Source: Blastocystis sp. Blastoise
Lineage: Eukaryota; Protista; Bigyra: Opalinata
DNA: 64,000 nt
Reading direction: 5' to 3'
NCBI GenBank assembly: GCA_039096225.1
Contig: JBBPEB010000030.1
Span: forward strand, 1,054,001 to 1,118,000
A program made the translations under genes and the position numbers. A model generated the notes under the pieces. The model ran no database searches, had not been told where the DNA came from, and saw nothing but the letters and a program-made list of their open reading frames with translations. Below are positions 55,246 through 64,000 of the stretch, in pieces (position 1 is the first letter of the stretch; every line of letters starts with the position of its first letter).

Positions 55246-55728
55246 AATGAAGCTATTTTGTTACCTGATGTATCATTTCTTTTCGTCATTTATTCGTACA
55301 ATATACATTCGAAATAACTACTTACTTATTACTATAAGAATAAAAAGTATATTATTTATATTATATATATATATGGTATTTATATAATAACATATTTTTT
55401 AATCCTCCGTTTCTAATTAATATTATGCACTTATATATAATAATCATAATAGGCTTTATATAAATATTTATTTATAGTTTCGATGTACATCCAGATATAT
55501 AGAAGATTCTAGATGTTTCATCATGTGATTATCTCGTGGCTCCCTCAATTCCCCCTTTAACGGACACTATTCTCTGTATGTACCTCAAGTTATATGTTGA
55601 GGTATATAGAGATAAACAATATTATTATTAATATTATTACTCTTTATATAAATCTATAGAGGCTTCTTTATATGAATATATAACTGTATTACAACTATTA
55701 TTGGCAGATGTTAACCTTGGAAAAGATG

Positions 55729-55776
<48 letters not shown>

Positions 55777-56762
55777 GTTATTACTGTTATTACATATATA
55801 GTTTGAATACTTATTTTCTATGTATAAATTAAGCATATATATATATATATATAGTTACTCTCTTCCTTCACTTGAAACTATTTGTAATGAAAGGTGTATA
55901 CATATATATATATATATATATATTATGGTGTATTTATTATTATTATATATATAGTTATTAAAATTTTTTACCAAGTGATTTTCCCCGCCAAATTGATGTT
56001 GATGAATATATTAATACACTGAAATTTGCTGAAAAACGAAAAATGTAATTATTATTAGTTTTTATTATGATTTATTTATATATATATATAGTTATCAAGA
56101 TCCTTATGATTATCAAAAATTATATATTAATATATATATATATATTGATGAGATCAAATATTTAAAATAGAATTGATGTATATAATAATTTTATATATAT
56201 ATATATATATAGGGAATAACTAATTTAACTACATTATTTCATGATCTTCAAACGATAAAGAAATCTGCTATTTATAAATCACTTGTTCAATACATACGAG
56301 ACAGAGTATATATATATTACTTATAATTATATATATATTACTTATTATATATAGGATATATTAGATGTGTTATTCCAACAGTGTTTAAATACACAAACGT
56401 TACGATTGTCTCTCTCTCTTCTTCAACATATATGCACTGTTATCCTTGTATTTACTTATTATTATTATATTCTTTATTATTATTATATATATACATATTC
56501 TTATTCTTATATATATAGTTAACAAATAAGAATATTGATATATTTTATGAGGCTGCTCATAATAACCGTATATATGAATCCATTCAAGCAACTACCATTA
56601 TATGTCAACTACTCCCTCTCTTCCCTAATCAACGTATATATATATATAACATTATGCTTTTTATTATTATATATTCTTATATATAGAACGTGAATATTTA
56701 CAAAGTTTATTATTGAATACATGTGATAATATATGTACAGAACAAGTATATATATATATACT

Positions 56763-56795
<33 letters not shown>

Positions 56796-58507
56796 ACTTA
56801 TACATATATATAAATACTTATATTCATATTATATATAGAGTATTAAGGTATAAGTAAATTGCTAGTATTATATTTAAATGACATCCCTGAATCACAACCT
56901 ATTCCTGATTCTATTCGAAATTCTATTGTATATATTATGTATTATAATAACATTCTTATTATTATTATAGAAAACAGTTGGTGAGTATATTTTCCGTTAA
57001 GGATGTATTTGTACTCCCGAATCAAATGAAGAAAAGCACGTGATATTCCATTGATTCCACTTTATAAATCAGATAGCTTTGTATATATATATATATATAT
57101 ATATATTATTATTATATATTATCATAGACTTCTTAACAACATGGTTTAAGAATGCAATATATTTAAATGATGGTTATAAATCATTCTTCAATTTATTATA
57201 TACTTTTGAACCTTCTCTGAAATCCATTTTAATTTATATACTTTATTATCTCGTTTTTTACTTACAATATTATATCATCAATTGACATATAATACAAAGA
57301 AGAGAAATAATATTTGTAAGTATCTATCTGTATATAAAGAAGTCTATAAATATGAATCGAATTATATTCCTCAAGATATTATGTATACATTATTAGCAAG
57401 AATAGCTGATATTATTCAAATAACTCATTGTCCTTCTTCTTATATACCTCCTCAACTACATATATTAAAGAAGATAAATAGTCATTCTATTTCCTTTAAT
57501 ATGAGTCATAATAGTTTAGAAGAAGTATATAGTTCTCCTTTTCCTCCTCCTCCTCCTACTACTAATTATTTCATAGGTGCATATAAAGATATAGAAAATG
57601 ATTTAATGGATGATAATGATATGGAAGTACCTGAAGAAGAAGAAATAGGATTAATGAATACTTATGAAGAGAAAGAAAGAGGAGAAGGGGAAGAAAAACC
57701 TACTGGAGAACTGATTTATGGATTAAGTTATATACTGAATACTGTTGAAATTGAAGGTGAAGAAGAAACAGGAAAGAAGAAAGAAAAAGAAATGATAGAT
57801 ATGTTTACTTATATAGGAAAAGGAGAAGAAGAAGATGATCATTGTATGTTTGTTATGTTTATTATAGTTTTATTATATTTATTATGGTTTTATTATGTAT
57901 AATATATAGCTATTGATGTTCAATATGTATATTCTCTTCTTCGTAATCAACTGAAAACCGCGAATAAAGAAGAAAAATATGATGTGAATATGATTTTGTA
58001 TATATATATATATATATATTATTATATACAATCTATAGATATGTGAATCTCTCTTCATCTACTTATGTTATATGATCTTCTTAGTAAATATTTTATTAGG
58101 TATATATATATAATATTTAATACTTATATCTTTAGATATACTTAATTATTCCCGTGGTTATATACTACTTTCCTCTTATCTTCTACTTCATCTTCCATCC
58201 TTACAGTGGCTTGTTGTCTTTATAAATCAATAATCGCGGGAAATACTTATTCTCAAGAATATTTTAATTATGTATATATATATTCACTTTATATTACTTT
58301 TGATGTAGCATATTATATATTATTTACTCTTTTATATTTGTTATTAATTATATAATATATATATATATAGATAGATATTAGACATACTACAAACAAGGCT
58401 TATTATATACTTATAAACTACAGATACATCAATATATATACTGCTACATACCTCCTATAATACCAGCGTTTTATATCCCTCATTGAGAGCCATAATTATC
58501 AAAATAT

Positions 58508-58552
<45 letters not shown>

Positions 58553-58630
58553 AGTAACCATCTTAACCACGTTATATATTATCTTGCTAATAATAAAGAA
58601 ATCAACTGTTTAGAATCATATGTTTAGTAT
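55246..58630 (+). pseudogene. Intron-rich gene of unknown family with several nonsense codons
   Basis: About 20 GT-AG-bounded exons, including an acidic exon (track ORF 57282-57902). In-frame stops: TAG 55500, TAA 56998, TGA 57052, TAA 58143. Confidence 0.55.
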
Positions 58631-59045
58631 ATATATATATATATATTTAAATCATTTTAAAGTTTTTTATTTTAGTAGTGTATGTACATATAAATATCAA
58701 AAGAAGTATGAAAAAAAAAATATTAACAAAATATATCATTATTGAAATTTTTTTATAATTAATAAGAAGATATGTGTTTTTATATTAAGAACAATATATT
58801 CATATATTATAAGATAAATAATAAGATTTTCGAAAGATATTATTAGAATATATAATGTTCATTTGTATTGTTATTATAAAATAAATTATTATATAGTTTA
58901 TATTAGAATAAAAAAAAAAATATGTTATATACAGTATGAATAAATAAATAGTTTGTAAATAAGATAAATTAGTATTATAATTAAAAGAATTTAAATATAG
59001 AAAAGGTTTAAATATATATATATATAAAATAAAAGAATAATATAG

Positions 59046-64000
<4,955 letters not shown>

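Noticed and set aside
55500-58145. Alternative genetic code (TAA/TAG = Gln)
   Set aside because: TGA and frameshifts also occur in this zone, while the filamin and recombinase exons are stop-free and use CAA for Gln. Pseudogenisation is simpler.

Overview
Extremely AT-rich, intron-dense eukaryotic (protist-like) DNA. 1-~3.9 kb: the 3' part of a + strand gene for a filamin/Ig-like repeat protein, containing three U12-type AT-AC introns. ~4.0-5.96 kb: a non-coding island with two decayed tRNA-derived A/B-box elements and a TGTCAC-repeat, transposon-end-like segment. 5.96-47.6 kb: a tandem 5S rDNA array of 52 copies (~797-bp period); its spacer carries (TA)n and telomere-type TTAGGG/TTTAGGG repeats, and it ends in a truncated unit capped by perfect (TTAGGG)4. 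47.6-53.6 kb: a second island with a divergent pair of apparently spliced, poorly coding units, each followed by a non-canonical ~70-nt tRNA-like cloverleaf (three copies with covarying stems). 54-58.6 kb: two + strand pseudogenes, one PA14/fibro-slime-like. 59-64 kb: a - strand multi-exon tyrosine recombinase gene whose catalytic domain is split by a 372-nt (ATT)n intron. The many short I/Y/F/L-rich ORFs in the track are artefacts of the 5S spacer. All calls are by eye; no searches were run.
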